From contig OY970340.1 of NCBI GenBank assembly GCA_963717465.1, positions 768,001 through 832,000 of the forward strand: a stretch of DNA of 64,000 nucleotides. Direction: 5' to 3'. The stretch comes from Candidatus Bathyarchaeota archaeon. GTDB taxonomy: Archaea > Thermoproteota > Bathyarchaeia > Bathyarchaeales > Bathycorpusculaceae. Every line of letters starts with the position of its first letter. Position 1 is the stretch's first letter. Made by a program: the position numbers and the translations under genes. The notes beneath the pieces are model-generated. The model had not been told where the DNA came from, searched no databases, and saw nothing but the letters and a program-made list of their open reading frames with translations. Of this stretch, positions 42,722 through 52,191 are shown piece by piece.

Positions 42722-43123
42722 ATGAAAAGACGTACACTTTTTACTCCCAGGCAGCTTGAGGTTTTGCGATTGAGAAATCGTGGGTTTACACAGGAAAATG
42801 TGGCTAGAATGTTTGGCACCAGCAGGGAAAATGTAACTATCATCGAAAGAAATGCTTACAAAGCCATTAAAGTGGCTAAATCAACAATTGAAGCTTTCGA
42901 TTCGCTTAATGCGGACGGCATTTTTGTTATACCAGCGCGAACTTCAATTTACGATATTCCCCGAGTAATATTCTTGCGCGGCGATGTTCTTGGAGTGAAA
43001 ATAGCAAATGATGCTCACGGCATATTTACCATGGTTAAGTCAAAAGGAAAAATAAGAAACCATCATTTGGTATCTCCAATTGCAGTGGACATCAAGCCGG
43101 ATGGAAGACTAATAATTCGGTAG
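42722..43123 (+). CDS. tfx: Tfx family DNA-binding protein
   Basis: TPRQLEVLRLRNRGFTQENVARMFGTSRENVTIIERNA; upstream of fmdE-like gene. Confidence 0.85.
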   Translation: MKRRTLFTPRQLEVLRLRNRGFTQENVARMFGTSRENVTIIERNAYKAIKVAKSTIEAFDSLNADGIFVIPARTSIYDIPRVIFLRGDVLGVKIANDAHGIFTMVKSKGKIRNHHLVSPIAVDIKPDGRLIIR

Positions 43124-43204
43124 CCTGCAATGCTGCCAATTGCTAACAAGAATTCTCCAACGCCGTGATTGCACTTGAAACCAAATTATTTCTGTCGACG
43201 GAAA

Positions 43205-43222
43205 GTAAACAGAATGATTTAC
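43205..43222. promoter_or_regulatory. palindromic GTAAAC-N6-(A/G)TTTAC site, copy 1
   Basis: GTAAAC AGAATG ATTTAC immediately before an AT-rich TATA-like box upstream of fmdE. Confidence 0.5.
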
Positions 43223-43324
43223 GAAAACTAATAAATGATGAGGAAACCGAGAATAACCAGAGAAACAAAAAATAAACTCTCAAAATACTTCACGCCAAAA
43301 GTTATACTTTAACTGGTAATAACT

Positions 43325-43951
43325 ATGACTGAAAACAAGACTGAATTCGAAGAACTTCTACAAAGAGCTGCGGAACTTAGAGGGCACCTCTGCCTAGGTT
43401 TGCCCCTGGGCATAAAGATGGCGCAGATGGGGCTTAAGCTTCTCGATATGAACGAGGAAGAAAAGAGGGAAAACCTTGTAGTCTTTGTAGAGAATGACAA
43501 GTGTCCTGCAGATGCAATACAGATTGCTACAGGATGCAGTGCTGGAAGCAGAAAACTAAAAATGATGTACTACGGTAAGTCAGCCGCTACTTTCGTTGAT
43601 GGTTTAACTGGAAAAGCTTACCGGGTGATATCAAAAAAAGATTTAACGGCTCGCGCCATGGACTTAGCCATAAAAGATGGAATAATCAAGGCAGGAGAGA
43701 ATGTAGAAGAATTTTCAAAACTTGAAAGAACAGTGCTTATGAATGCTTTCATGAAGTTGACGGCTGAAGATCTTCTTGATTATCAAGAGGTTAAAATTAC
43801 TTGGAAGAGCCCGCTTCTTCCTTCAAGAATGGAGCAACGGCAATATTGTGCTGATTGTGGAGAAGAAATTATGGGTGGGCATGGCATTACTCGTGGGGAC
43901 GTCACGCTGTGTAAAGCATGTGTTGAAGGTTCATATTTTGAACGCCTATAA
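43325..43951 (+). CDS. FmdE family protein with C-terminal C4 zinc finger
   Basis: GHLCLG..LG, ENDKCPADAIQ..TGCS.G; CADCGE...LCKAC. Confidence 0.9.
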   Translation: MTENKTEFEELLQRAAELRGHLCLGLPLGIKMAQMGLKLLDMNEEEKRENLVVFVENDKCPADAIQIATGCSAGSRKLKMMYYGKSAATFVDGLTGKAYRVISKKDLTARAMDLAIKDGIIKAGENVEEFSKLERTVLMNAFMKLTAEDLLDYQEVKITWKSPLLPSRMEQRQYCADCGEEIMGGHGITRGDVTLCKACVEGSYFERL

Positions 43952-44043
43952 TTTTGTTCAATGCTGAATTGCCCAAATTTTAAAAATTAAGTTTGTTGAC
44001 CTTAAAATTCAAAGTATTTTTGTTGAGCAGCTTCTGGATTAGT

Positions 44044-44061
44044 GTAAACAAGTTGGTTTAC
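44044..44061. promoter_or_regulatory. palindromic GTAAAC-N6-GTTTAC site, copy 2
   Basis: GTAAAC AAGTTG GTTTAC upstream of CTATATG and the ABC operon. Confidence 0.5.
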
Positions 44062-44112
44062 CAAGAGCTATATGGTGGCTAATTAAAACGACTATCAAGG
44101 TCGTGGAAATAC

Positions 44113-45210
44113 GTGAAAAAGCAACTGATTATTGTAATTGCAGTTGTCGTGATAATTGCGATATTGTTGGTGGGAACTCTTGTCCTTTATCCAATGTACT
44201 ATAAGCCTTCAACTTCATCAGCAACTACTAGGACAATCACTGACATGTACGGAAGAACTGTAACAGTGCCTACAACAATTAACCGAGTGTTGACTACGGG
44301 ACCAATAGAAAATGAGCTTGTCTATATGCTTGCACCTGACAAACTTGCCGGCTTAACTTTCTCACTAAATGGTAATCCAGTATTGGCAGAAACTCAATAT
44401 GCTAATCTAACAATTGTAGGTGGAACGTACGCGAGTTATCATTATAATGCTGAGACGTTCCTAGCGGACAACCCCGACGTAATTATTGACGGTGCTGACA
44501 CAACAAACACTTCCCTGAATACGGCACAACAGGAATTTAGTACAGTGCCAGTTGTAGGAGTTTATTGTGGCAGTGACGATTTGACTGGTTATGCCCAGGA
44601 GATCACATTCCTATGTAACCTACTTGGCGTACAATCTCAGGCACAGCTCTTACTGAACTACTATGACGAAGCAATGAACTACGTTCAACAAATCAACAAC
44701 GAAACTTGGCAAAACAGAACAACAGTGTATTATGCAGAAGGATCAGCTGGACTTAATACAGACCCCACTGGCTCAATGCATACCACTCTCCTATCATTTT
44801 GCGGCGGTGTAAACGTAGCTAACGTTGCGTTATTACCAGGTTATGGCATGGCTACTGTTAATCCAGAGGACCTTCCAATTTGGAACCCAGACATCATAAT
44901 TATCGGACGAGGTAGCGAAGCTTCACTTTACAGTCAAATAATGAACAGTTCTAATCCTGTTTGGAACTCTCTTACAGCGGTCGAAGCCGGTCGAGTATAC
45001 ATAAGACCAGATAATCCATGGTCATGGTTTGACGGGCCACCAGGACCAGGTCAAATTCTAGGCATGTACTGGATGGTGCATACACTTTACCCAACCCAAA
45101 CTGCAAACTTAAACCTCGCCAACGAAACAACGACTTTCTACACTGACTTCTACCACTACAACCTAACAACTACTCAGGTTCAAACACTATTAAGCGGTGG
45201 CAACCTTTAA
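44113..45210 (+). CDS. type II ABC substrate-binding protein (BtuF/FecB-like)
   Basis: N-terminal anchor; TITDMYGRTVTVP..INRV, NPDVII and PWSWFDGPP motifs. Confidence 0.9.
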   Translation: MKKQLIIVIAVVVIIAILLVGTLVLYPMYYKPSTSSATTRTITDMYGRTVTVPTTINRVLTTGPIENELVYMLAPDKLAGLTFSLNGNPVLAETQYANLTIVGGTYASYHYNAETFLADNPDVIIDGADTTNTSLNTAQQEFSTVPVVGVYCGSDDLTGYAQEITFLCNLLGVQSQAQLLLNYYDEAMNYVQQINNETWQNRTTVYYAEGSAGLNTDPTGSMHTTLLSFCGGVNVANVALLPGYGMATVNPEDLPIWNPDIIIIGRGSEASLYSQIMNSSNPVWNSLTAVEAGRVYIRPDNPWSWFDGPPGPGQILGMYWMVHTLYPTQTANLNLANETTTFYTDFYHYNLTTTQVQTLLSGGNL

Positions 45211-45302
45211 TAGCTGTCACTTCCCAACTTTTTCTTTTAACTCGATAATTTATCTCTTGAACTTATCCGTGAAAAAACCGCTCAACCAAAAAGTAAACCA
45301 TC

Positions 45303-46448
45303 CTGACACGAGTTGAGAACATTCAAGGACAACCAAATTACCCTGCAAAGCATAAAAACTGTGCTGAAAAACTCTTAAATACACTCAAAGCTTTACGCGG
45401 GCTTCCAGTAAGCATAATTTTACTTATCCTCCTTGTCATCCTCTTCATTGTTTCTTTGGGATTAGGAAGATACCCTGTAGCTCCTGCCGACGTTTTTCTG
45501 ATTCTGATGGGTAATTTAAGAATCTCAATCGCTGAATTGATAAACTTTTTAAGTCTTGGTTATGCGCAACTTACTACATTCATGCAACCTAGTATCCCTG
45601 ATACTGTGGTAATGCAAATTAGGTTGCCTAGAATAATCGCTGCTATGCTAATCGGTGGCACTCTATCTTTGGCAGGGGGCTCCTTCCAAGGGCTATTTCG
45701 CAATCCCTTAGTATCCCCAGATATTCTCGGCGTTTCTGCAGGCGCTGGCTTTGGGGCAGCACTTGCCATATTGCTTAATCAAAGTCAGGTTAACATAGAA
45801 ATATTTGCCTTCTCTTTTGCAATCTTGGCAGTAGGTATTGCTTACGCAGTTAGTAAGGTAGTTAAGGGTAGTCGCACTCTTAGTTTAATCTTAGCTGGAA
45901 TAGCAATCACCTCTTTTTTCAACGCTTGTCTTGCATTGGCTGAATATGTGGCTAATCCTAGCACTCAATTGCAAACAATAATCTTTTGGCTAATGGGAAG
46001 TTTAGCTAACGTTGTCACCTTCGATAATATTTCGATTGCAGCTATACCAATGATAGCCGGTATGGTTGTTCTCTTGCTTTTACGTTGGCGTTTTAATGTA
46101 TTGGCAATGGGCGAAGAAGAAGCTCAATCAATGGGAGTAAATACAGGTCGCATGAGAGTAATAATCGTCGTTTGTTGTACACTAATGAGTGCATCAGCAG
46201 TCTGCATTGCTGGTATAGTTGGTTGGGTTGGGCTAGTCATTCCCCACATCAGTCGTTTACTAGTAGGGCCTGACCATAAGCGTCTTTTGCCAGTATCGCT
46301 TCTATTGGGAGCATCATATCTTTTGATTATTGATGATGTAGCAAGAACCGCTTCAAGTTTGGAAATACCGCTGGGAATACTTACGGCAATGATTGGTGCG
46401 CCATTCTTTATCTATATGCTCAGTAGGCAAGGAAAGGGGTGGTCATGA
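45303..46448 (+). CDS. FecCD/BtuC family ABC permease (start uncertain; first TM lies upstream of track start 45456)
   Basis: IRLPRII, QGLFRNPLVSPDILGVSAGA, FWLMGS and GWVGLVIPH motifs. Confidence 0.9.
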   Translation: MTRVENIQGQPNYPAKHKNCAEKLLNTLKALRGLPVSIILLILLVILFIVSLGLGRYPVAPADVFLILMGNLRISIAELINFLSLGYAQLTTFMQPSIPDTVVMQIRLPRIIAAMLIGGTLSLAGGSFQGLFRNPLVSPDILGVSAGAGFGAALAILLNQSQVNIEIFAFSFAILAVGIAYAVSKVVKGSRTLSLILAGIAITSFFNACLALAEYVANPSTQLQTIIFWLMGSLANVVTFDNISIAAIPMIAGMVVLLLLRWRFNVLAMGEEEAQSMGVNTGRMRVIIVVCCTLMSASAVCIAGIVGWVGLVIPHISRLLVGPDHKRLLPVSLLLGASYLLIIDDVARTASSLEIPLGILTAMIGAPFFIYMLSRQGKGWS

Positions 46449-47221
46449 GACTTTGCGTTAGCCACGCTGAATTCCATTATGACTTGGCGAAAGCTCATGG
46501 CTTTAGGGATATAAACTTCACAATAGATCAAGCAGGGATCCTTACCATACTTGGACCGAATGGATGCGGAAAAACCACACTTCTAAAGTGCCTGGACAGA
46601 CTGCTTAAACTAGAACGCGGAAGCATTTTGATTGATGGTAAAGACCTGTCCAGTATGTCAAGAGTTGAAATCGCAAAAGCTATTGGTTATGTTCCACAAT
46701 TTCACCAACCGAACTTTGCGTTTTCAGTAATGGATGCTGTCCTTGTGGGAAGATCCCCTCATATTGGTTATCTAGACTCTCCAGGTAAAGAGGATATCAA
46801 GATTGCCAAAGAAGCTTTAGAAACCATGGGCATATCCTATTTGAAGGATGTACCTTATACCCAGGTCAGCGGCGGGGAAAGACAGATGGTACTTTTAGCC
46901 CGAATCTTAACCCAGCAGCCTTCACTGCTATTACTTGATGAACCAACTTCTCATTTGGACTTTGGAAACCAAATAAGGCTGTTAAATACGCTTCAAAAAT
47001 TAGCAAACACAGGGTTGCCTATAATCATGACCTCTCATTTTCCAGACCACGCCTTCTTATCCAATAAAGTTGCTCTCATGAAAGACGGAGAACTAATCGA
47101 AATAGGCACTCCAGATGACATTATAACCGACCAAAACTTAGAAAAAGTTTACAAGATTAAAGTCAAAGTGATTAATGCGGAAGGCCTTAATCGCAAGATA
47201 TGCGTACCAATAGGTGAATAA
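46445..47221 (+). CDS. type II ABC ATPase (FecE/BtuD-like)
   Basis: GPNGCGKTT, SGGERQ and LLLDEPTSHLD motifs. Confidence 0.92.
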   Translation: MRLCVSHAEFHYDLAKAHGFRDINFTIDQAGILTILGPNGCGKTTLLKCLDRLLKLERGSILIDGKDLSSMSRVEIAKAIGYVPQFHQPNFAFSVMDAVLVGRSPHIGYLDSPGKEDIKIAKEALETMGISYLKDVPYTQVSGGERQMVLLARILTQQPSLLLLDEPTSHLDFGNQIRLLNTLQKLANTGLPIIMTSHFPDHAFLSNKVALMKDGELIEIGTPDDIITDQNLEKVYKIKVKVINAEGLNRKICVPIGE

Positions 47222-47789
47222 ATTGAAAAAACAAAATGAAAACGAATTTAGAAAATATGTTAAGGAAGTCGGCGATTACCATGGACATATATGCTTTGGC
47301 ATCGCCATGGGTACAAAAATGGCTTTAGCGGCAATGAAATATTTTGAATTAGATCTACAGGCTAAAAATAAGAACTTAATTGTTTATGCTGAAATTGACC
47401 GATGCATGACAGATGCACTACAGGTAATTACTGGTTGCACGCTGGGTCATCGAACGCTAAAATACGTTGATTACGGTAAATTTGCTGCCACCTTTGTGAA
47501 CCTTACGAGCGGCAAAGCAATACGTATCACAATAAAAGAGAGTTTTGAAATAAAAGGTTCTCCAGATGAAGTGGTTGAAAAAATGGCTGTGACTCCTGAG
47601 ACCCAAATTGTAAATATCCAAAAAGTTGAAGTGAAAATTCCGGAAACGGATTTGCCTGGTCTTCCGAAAAAACGGGAAAATTGCTCAAAGTGCGGAGAAA
47701 GAATTATGGATGGTCGAGAAGTCTACCGCGAAAATAAAATACTCTGCCGAGCATGTGCTAACGGAAAATACTATATTGAATTAACCTAA
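47214..47789 (+). CDS. second FmdE family protein
   Basis: YHGHICFG, EIDRCMTDALQ..TGCTLG; CSKCGE..LCRAC. Confidence 0.9.
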   Translation: MNKLKKQNENEFRKYVKEVGDYHGHICFGIAMGTKMALAAMKYFELDLQAKNKNLIVYAEIDRCMTDALQVITGCTLGHRTLKYVDYGKFAATFVNLTSGKAIRITIKESFEIKGSPDEVVEKMAVTPETQIVNIQKVEVKIPETDLPGLPKKRENCSKCGERIMDGREVYRENKILCRACANGKYYIELT

Positions 47790-47837
47790 AAAGTGAAACA
47801 TTACTAAAATCATGCGAAAGTTCTGTGAACTAGCTCT

Positions 47838-48800
47838 TTAATAAACGATAATTTCGCTTAGCCATTTCATCCAGTAAGTGTCGATCCTGAACGGTGTAGC
47901 AGTTGTTGGGCAAAAAGACTTGAAAGGTCCACCTTGATCGACAGTAAGTGTTTTTCCATTTATCTGGTAACCAATCATCATTTTTCCAGAGTTAAGCTCG
48001 TCAAAAGTGAAATTTCCAGGAACACTTACGCCAAGGCAGGCTTTTCCGTCAATCCCAATCAGCGAGACTTGGTGAGCATAGGATGAAACATTCGCGTAAG
48101 CTAACGCGTCCGTTATTAGTATTCCTGTCCAGTTTGCTGTAACAGAATTAAAGCCTGAGTAGTAAGTTGTTGCGTTGATTGTTGTTGATTTTATGAGCGT
48201 TATGTTAGTTGCTGTTAATGTTATCGGATCTGCTACGTTGCCTTTGATTGTGATTGTCCATGGTTCTACGTTGATTTTTGAAACCTCACTTATTTGATAG
48301 CTATCGTTGAAGTTAGGTGTAATTAACTGGATACATCCGCCATCTGTCTGGTTGGTCATCCATGCACCGTTCTTAACGAATGCTAAGAGTATCACGTTGT
48401 ACTTGTAATAGTACCAAGCAGAGTTTGTACTGTTCCACGCCTGATAAAGATTCAGAGTCGTGGAATTTCCGCTTTCACCTGTGACTTGTATTCCTCCCGC
48501 ATCCCAGTTCAATCTTGATTGGTTACAGAAATCAAACAAAGAGACGCCGATGTAAGTTGTGCTGTTGTCTGCAGTTGTAACGGTTGATAAGGGCATTTGC
48601 GTTAAATCGCTCAGTGTAACTATTCTTTCTTGTTGAACGTCACCTGCTAACTGGATTTGCCATTGTGGCGCTTCTCCGGAAGGTAACTGAATTGATTTTA
48701 CTTTAGGATTGTTGCTGATTGTCTCGACATAAAGAATTGACGCCACAACAACCACAATTAGTATTGCAGCCACCATCGCCACAATTTTTTTCCTTTTCAT
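47838..48800 (-). CDS. membrane-anchored protein with two molybdopterin-oxidoreductase-like domains
   Basis: WQIQLAGDV, YIGVSL, LAFVKNG; WTGILI, IGYQING, GGPF and WMKWLSEI. Confidence 0.7.
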   Translation of the reverse strand: MKRKKIVAMVAAILIVVVVASILYVETISNNPKVKSIQLPSGEAPQWQIQLAGDVQQERIVTLSDLTQMPLSTVTTADNSTTYIGVSLFDFCNQSRLNWDAGGIQVTGESGNSTTLNLYQAWNSTNSAWYYYKYNVILLAFVKNGAWMTNQTDGGCIQLITPNFNDSYQISEVSKINVEPWTITIKGNVADPITLTATNITLIKSTTINATTYYSGFNSVTANWTGILITDALAYANVSSYAHQVSLIGIDGKACLGVSVPGNFTFDELNSGKMMIGYQINGKTLTVDQGGPFKSFCPTTATPFRIDTYWMKWLSEIIVY

Positions 48801-49007
48801 TTCTACTACTCCTCTCCGATGTATATGTGAACACTATTAACGATATGTTTTAATTCACACAACGAAAATCGTTATTTAAAGTTTTCCACATAAACCCAAG
48901 AGAGAGCGAAAAAAGACTGTTTGATAATGCTACGGTCAGTAATCATGTTTTTAGCGAAATATTTTTATTTGCACATCGCGGAGTTAGCGTTCAAGAAGGA
49001 GATAAGA

Positions 49008-50117
49008 ATGGCTTCAGAAACCAAAAAAATGGGAAAAATAAGCAGAAAAATCTTAGCAGTGATTCTAGTTGTTATAATTGCAGTGGCGGTAGCGGCTACA
49101 GCATTGTATGTTTTGTGGCCAAAGTCAACAACTAGTAACACAACGACTAGTAACACATTGCCAGCGATGTCCTTAACTCTTGTAGCTGCAAACGGCACTT
49201 CAATAACGATAAACCAAACAGAAATCGGTAAACTAACAACAGTTACAAGTGCTGGTGGATTAGAAAGTAGCGGTGGTGCAATCGAAGGAGTTGGCAACTA
49301 TACAGGTGTACCGATATTGACGCTTCTTGGTTTAGTCGGCGGCATGACAAGTGATGAAACATTAACCATAACTGCAACTGACGGCTACTCGATGGTTTTT
49401 ACTTATGATCAAGTCAACGGGCAAGGCTACCCAACATTTGATCCTGTAACTGGAAACGCAGTAGATTCAAATCAAACACTTACGTTGATTGCAGCTTACT
49501 ATTATAACGATGTACCATTAACAAAAGACATAGGCCCGATAAGAATTGCCTTAGTTGGTTCACAAGGGTTGCTCACCGAGGGGCACTTCTGGATATTTTA
49601 TGCGTCTACAATAGCCATCACAAGTGAAGTTAAAGATTGGAATTTAACAATTACGGCAATATCCGGCTTGGATGGCTCTACCCTTATGACTGATAATTTG
49701 ACGCGCCAAGCTTTCGCTGCAGACCAAAATCCAAGTCATTTCGAAGCAAATTATACTGACCAGAGCGGTAACAGTAATAATTGGACTGGCACTACACTTT
49801 ATCATTGGATATCGTGGGCAAACTATGACCATCCAACTCAGGTTTCTAACGCTTCACTTGCCAACGGCTACAAAGTTGTAATAATCTCTGGAGACGGCTC
49901 TAACGTTACATTAAATGATAGCCAAGTTTACACATTAACAAGTAACGGCACCGTAACTTACGAAAACAATAACATTATCGTTGCATCCGAGTTAAATGGC
50001 AATGTACTTAGCGATCCAATTTGGCCGTTAAACCTTGTCGGTTCCGATATCAATTCAACAAACACTATCGGTAACATCGTCGAAATAGAAATAATACTTG
50101 ATAACCCAGCAAGCTAA
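49008..50117 (+). CDS. membrane-anchored protein with two molybdopterin-oxidoreductase-like domains
   Basis: YTGVPILTLL, ATDGYSMVF, IAAYYYND...GPIRI; WTGTTL, SGDG, VASELNG...WPLNLVG. Confidence 0.7.
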   Translation: MASETKKMGKISRKILAVILVVIIAVAVAATALYVLWPKSTTSNTTTSNTLPAMSLTLVAANGTSITINQTEIGKLTTVTSAGGLESSGGAIEGVGNYTGVPILTLLGLVGGMTSDETLTITATDGYSMVFTYDQVNGQGYPTFDPVTGNAVDSNQTLTLIAAYYYNDVPLTKDIGPIRIALVGSQGLLTEGHFWIFYASTIAITSEVKDWNLTITAISGLDGSTLMTDNLTRQAFAADQNPSHFEANYTDQSGNSNNWTGTTLYHWISWANYDHPTQVSNASLANGYKVVIISGDGSNVTLNDSQVYTLTSNGTVTYENNNIIVASELNGNVLSDPIWPLNLVGSDINSTNTIGNIVEIEIILDNPAS

Positions 50118-50232
50118 CAACGGAAAATCTCAACCTTTTCCTTATTTTTTGTAATTTAAGAACTGCATTGCTTGCCCAATACAAAATACTTTTATTTTCA
50201 TATTGGTGAATATCGTCCAAGAAGGGAACAGG

Positions 50233-50784
50233 ATGGCTTCAAAATACAAAACTGCAATAAGTAAAGTTTTGGCAATCGTTACGGCAGTAATAATTATTGT
50301 AGCAGCTGTCATCGGAATGGTCACATATTATAGTTGGTATCAAAATAGAGGTGAAACTAGCAATACTGTTGTTGCTAGTTGGAGTGTCGTTGTTAACGGC
50401 ACAAGTGTTAAAAATATGACTGAATCAGACTTCGAAACTTTGGCGGCTGGTAATCCACAATCCTACGTTTCTAATGGTGCCACTTGGGCTGGCACACCGC
50501 TTCATCGAGTAATCCAAATCTGGGCACTTGACAATGGCGTTATAAATAGTTCAGAGGTAGCTAACGGTTATCTTGTAAAAGTGATTGGTTCGGATGGAAG
50601 CAGCGCAGAATTTAATGTCAGCCAAATTTATATGAACACAAACATTATTCTCGCTAACACCGAAAACGGCTTAAAAATAAACAGCGGCCAACCATATTAC
50701 CCGTTGTACCTAACAGGTTCAGATTTAACTAGCGATGAACAGGTCAAAGGCGTGGCACAAATCCAGATTTTACCTTTGCAATGA
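50233..50784 (+). CDS. membrane-anchored single molybdopterin-oxidoreductase-like domain protein
   Basis: WAGTPL, VKVIGSDG, IILANTENG..YPLYLTG and VKGVAQIQI. Confidence 0.68.
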   Translation: MASKYKTAISKVLAIVTAVIIIVAAVIGMVTYYSWYQNRGETSNTVVASWSVVVNGTSVKNMTESDFETLAAGNPQSYVSNGATWAGTPLHRVIQIWALDNGVINSSEVANGYLVKVIGSDGSSAEFNVSQIYMNTNIILANTENGLKINSGQPYYPLYLTGSDLTSDEQVKGVAQIQILPLQ

Positions 50785-50997
50785 CAAACTTGACTTTTGC
50801 CTTGCTGGTAAAAAAGGAATAAACAATTTCAAACTTTTGACGCTAAATTAGACCATGGCTCTTGAAAAAAATAACGCGACTAAGTAAACTAACGATTTCA
50901 AGGCTTTTTTGTTCCTCACTATGAACCAGTTTCCGTTAATAGCCGAAATATTTTTATTTACATATCGCAGAGTAAGCGTCCAGAAGGGAAATGAGAA

Positions 50998-52182
50998 ATG
51001 GCTTCAGAAACCAAAAAAACAGGAAAAATAAGCAGAAAAATCTTAGCAATAGTTCTGATCGTCATAATTGTAGTTGTAGCAATAGCGGCTATAGCATTAT
51101 ATTTAAATGGTCAAAAATCAACATCAACGACAACTAACTTGCCAGCAGCCACCTTAACTATTATAGGCGCAAACGGCACATCAGTAACACTAAACGCAAC
51201 ACAACTTGCAGCAATGGCACAAGCGTCTGGAAAAGGCGGAGAATTCAAAGGGTCGAAGGGCACTTTTGATTACGGAACTTATGCAGGCGTATCAATAATG
51301 ACCTTGCTCAATGAAGTTGGCGGCATGAACAGTTCACAGGCCCTTAACGTTACAGGTGCAGATGGCTGGGGAGAACAGTTTTCATATGGGTTAGTCACTT
51401 GCAACTCAGCAGATTTAACGATGTACAACCCGAGCACAAATGCAACAGCAACTCCAACTAACCCAGTAACAATGATTCTTGCATACACTTTGAACGGAAC
51501 TGCCACTAACATGAACACTTATGATAATGCATCATCTGCCAATAATGGAGCGTATCTGGGAATTGCTTTCGTTGGATCTGATGGGTTATCAACAACGGCT
51601 ATGTATTACTGCTCGTACGTGGTTACACTTCAAGTCGTTAATCCACCGTCAACAACAACGCTTAGTTTGCCAGCAGCCACCTTAACTATTATAGGAGCAA
51701 GCGGCACATCAGTAACGCTAAATGCCACACAACTTGCAGCAATGACACAAACCTCTGGGCTTGGCGGAGAATTCAAAGGGTCGAAGGGCACTTTTGATTA
51801 CGGAACTTATGCAGGCGTATCAATAATGACCTTGCTCAATGAAGTTGGCGGCATGAACAGTTCACAGGCCCTTAACGTTACAGGTGCAGATGGCTGGGGA
51901 GAACAGTTTTCATATGGGTTAGTCACTTGCAACTCAGCAGATTTAACGATGTACAACCCGAGCACAAATGCAACAGCAACTCCAACTAACCCAGTAACAA
52001 TGATTCTTGCATACACTTTGAACGGAACTGCCACTAACATGAACACTTATGATAATGCATCATCTGCCAATAATGGAGCGTATCTGGGAATTGCTTTCGT
52101 TGGATCTGATGGGCTATCAACAACGGCTATGTATTACTGCTCGTACGTGGTTACACTTCAAGTCGTTGATGCACAGACTTGA
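50998..52182 (+). CDS. membrane-anchored protein with a duplicated molybdopterin-oxidoreductase-like domain
   Basis: Two copies of YAGVSIMTLLNEVGG, VTGADGW, MILAYTLNG and YVVTLQV. Confidence 0.7.
   Translation: MASETKKTGKISRKILAIVLIVIIVVVAIAAIALYLNGQKSTSTTTNLPAATLTIIGANGTSVTLNATQLAAMAQASGKGGEFKGSKGTFDYGTYAGVSIMTLLNEVGGMNSSQALNVTGADGWGEQFSYGLVTCNSADLTMYNPSTNATATPTNPVTMILAYTLNGTATNMNTYDNASSANNGAYLGIAFVGSDGLSTTAMYYCSYVVTLQVVNPPSTTTLSLPAATLTIIGASGTSVTLNATQLAAMTQTSGLGGEFKGSKGTFDYGTYAGVSIMTLLNEVGGMNSSQALNVTGADGWGEQFSYGLVTCNSADLTMYNPSTNATATPTNPVTMILAYTLNGTATNMNTYDNASSANNGAYLGIAFVGSDGLSTTAMYYCSYVVTLQVVDAQT
51139..52167 (+). repeat. tandem intragenic duplication with a 528-bp period (51139-51639 / 51667-52167)
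   Basis: Direct comparison; the last ~400 bp differ at one position seen (GGGTTA vs GGGCTA). Confidence 0.95.
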
Positions 52183-52191
52183 GGATGACTC

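Noticed and set aside
48815..48880. Bacterial-type ModE box (CGTTATAT-N-ATATAACG)
   Set aside because: Only loose matches (CGATATGT..CACAACG); too weak to call by eye.
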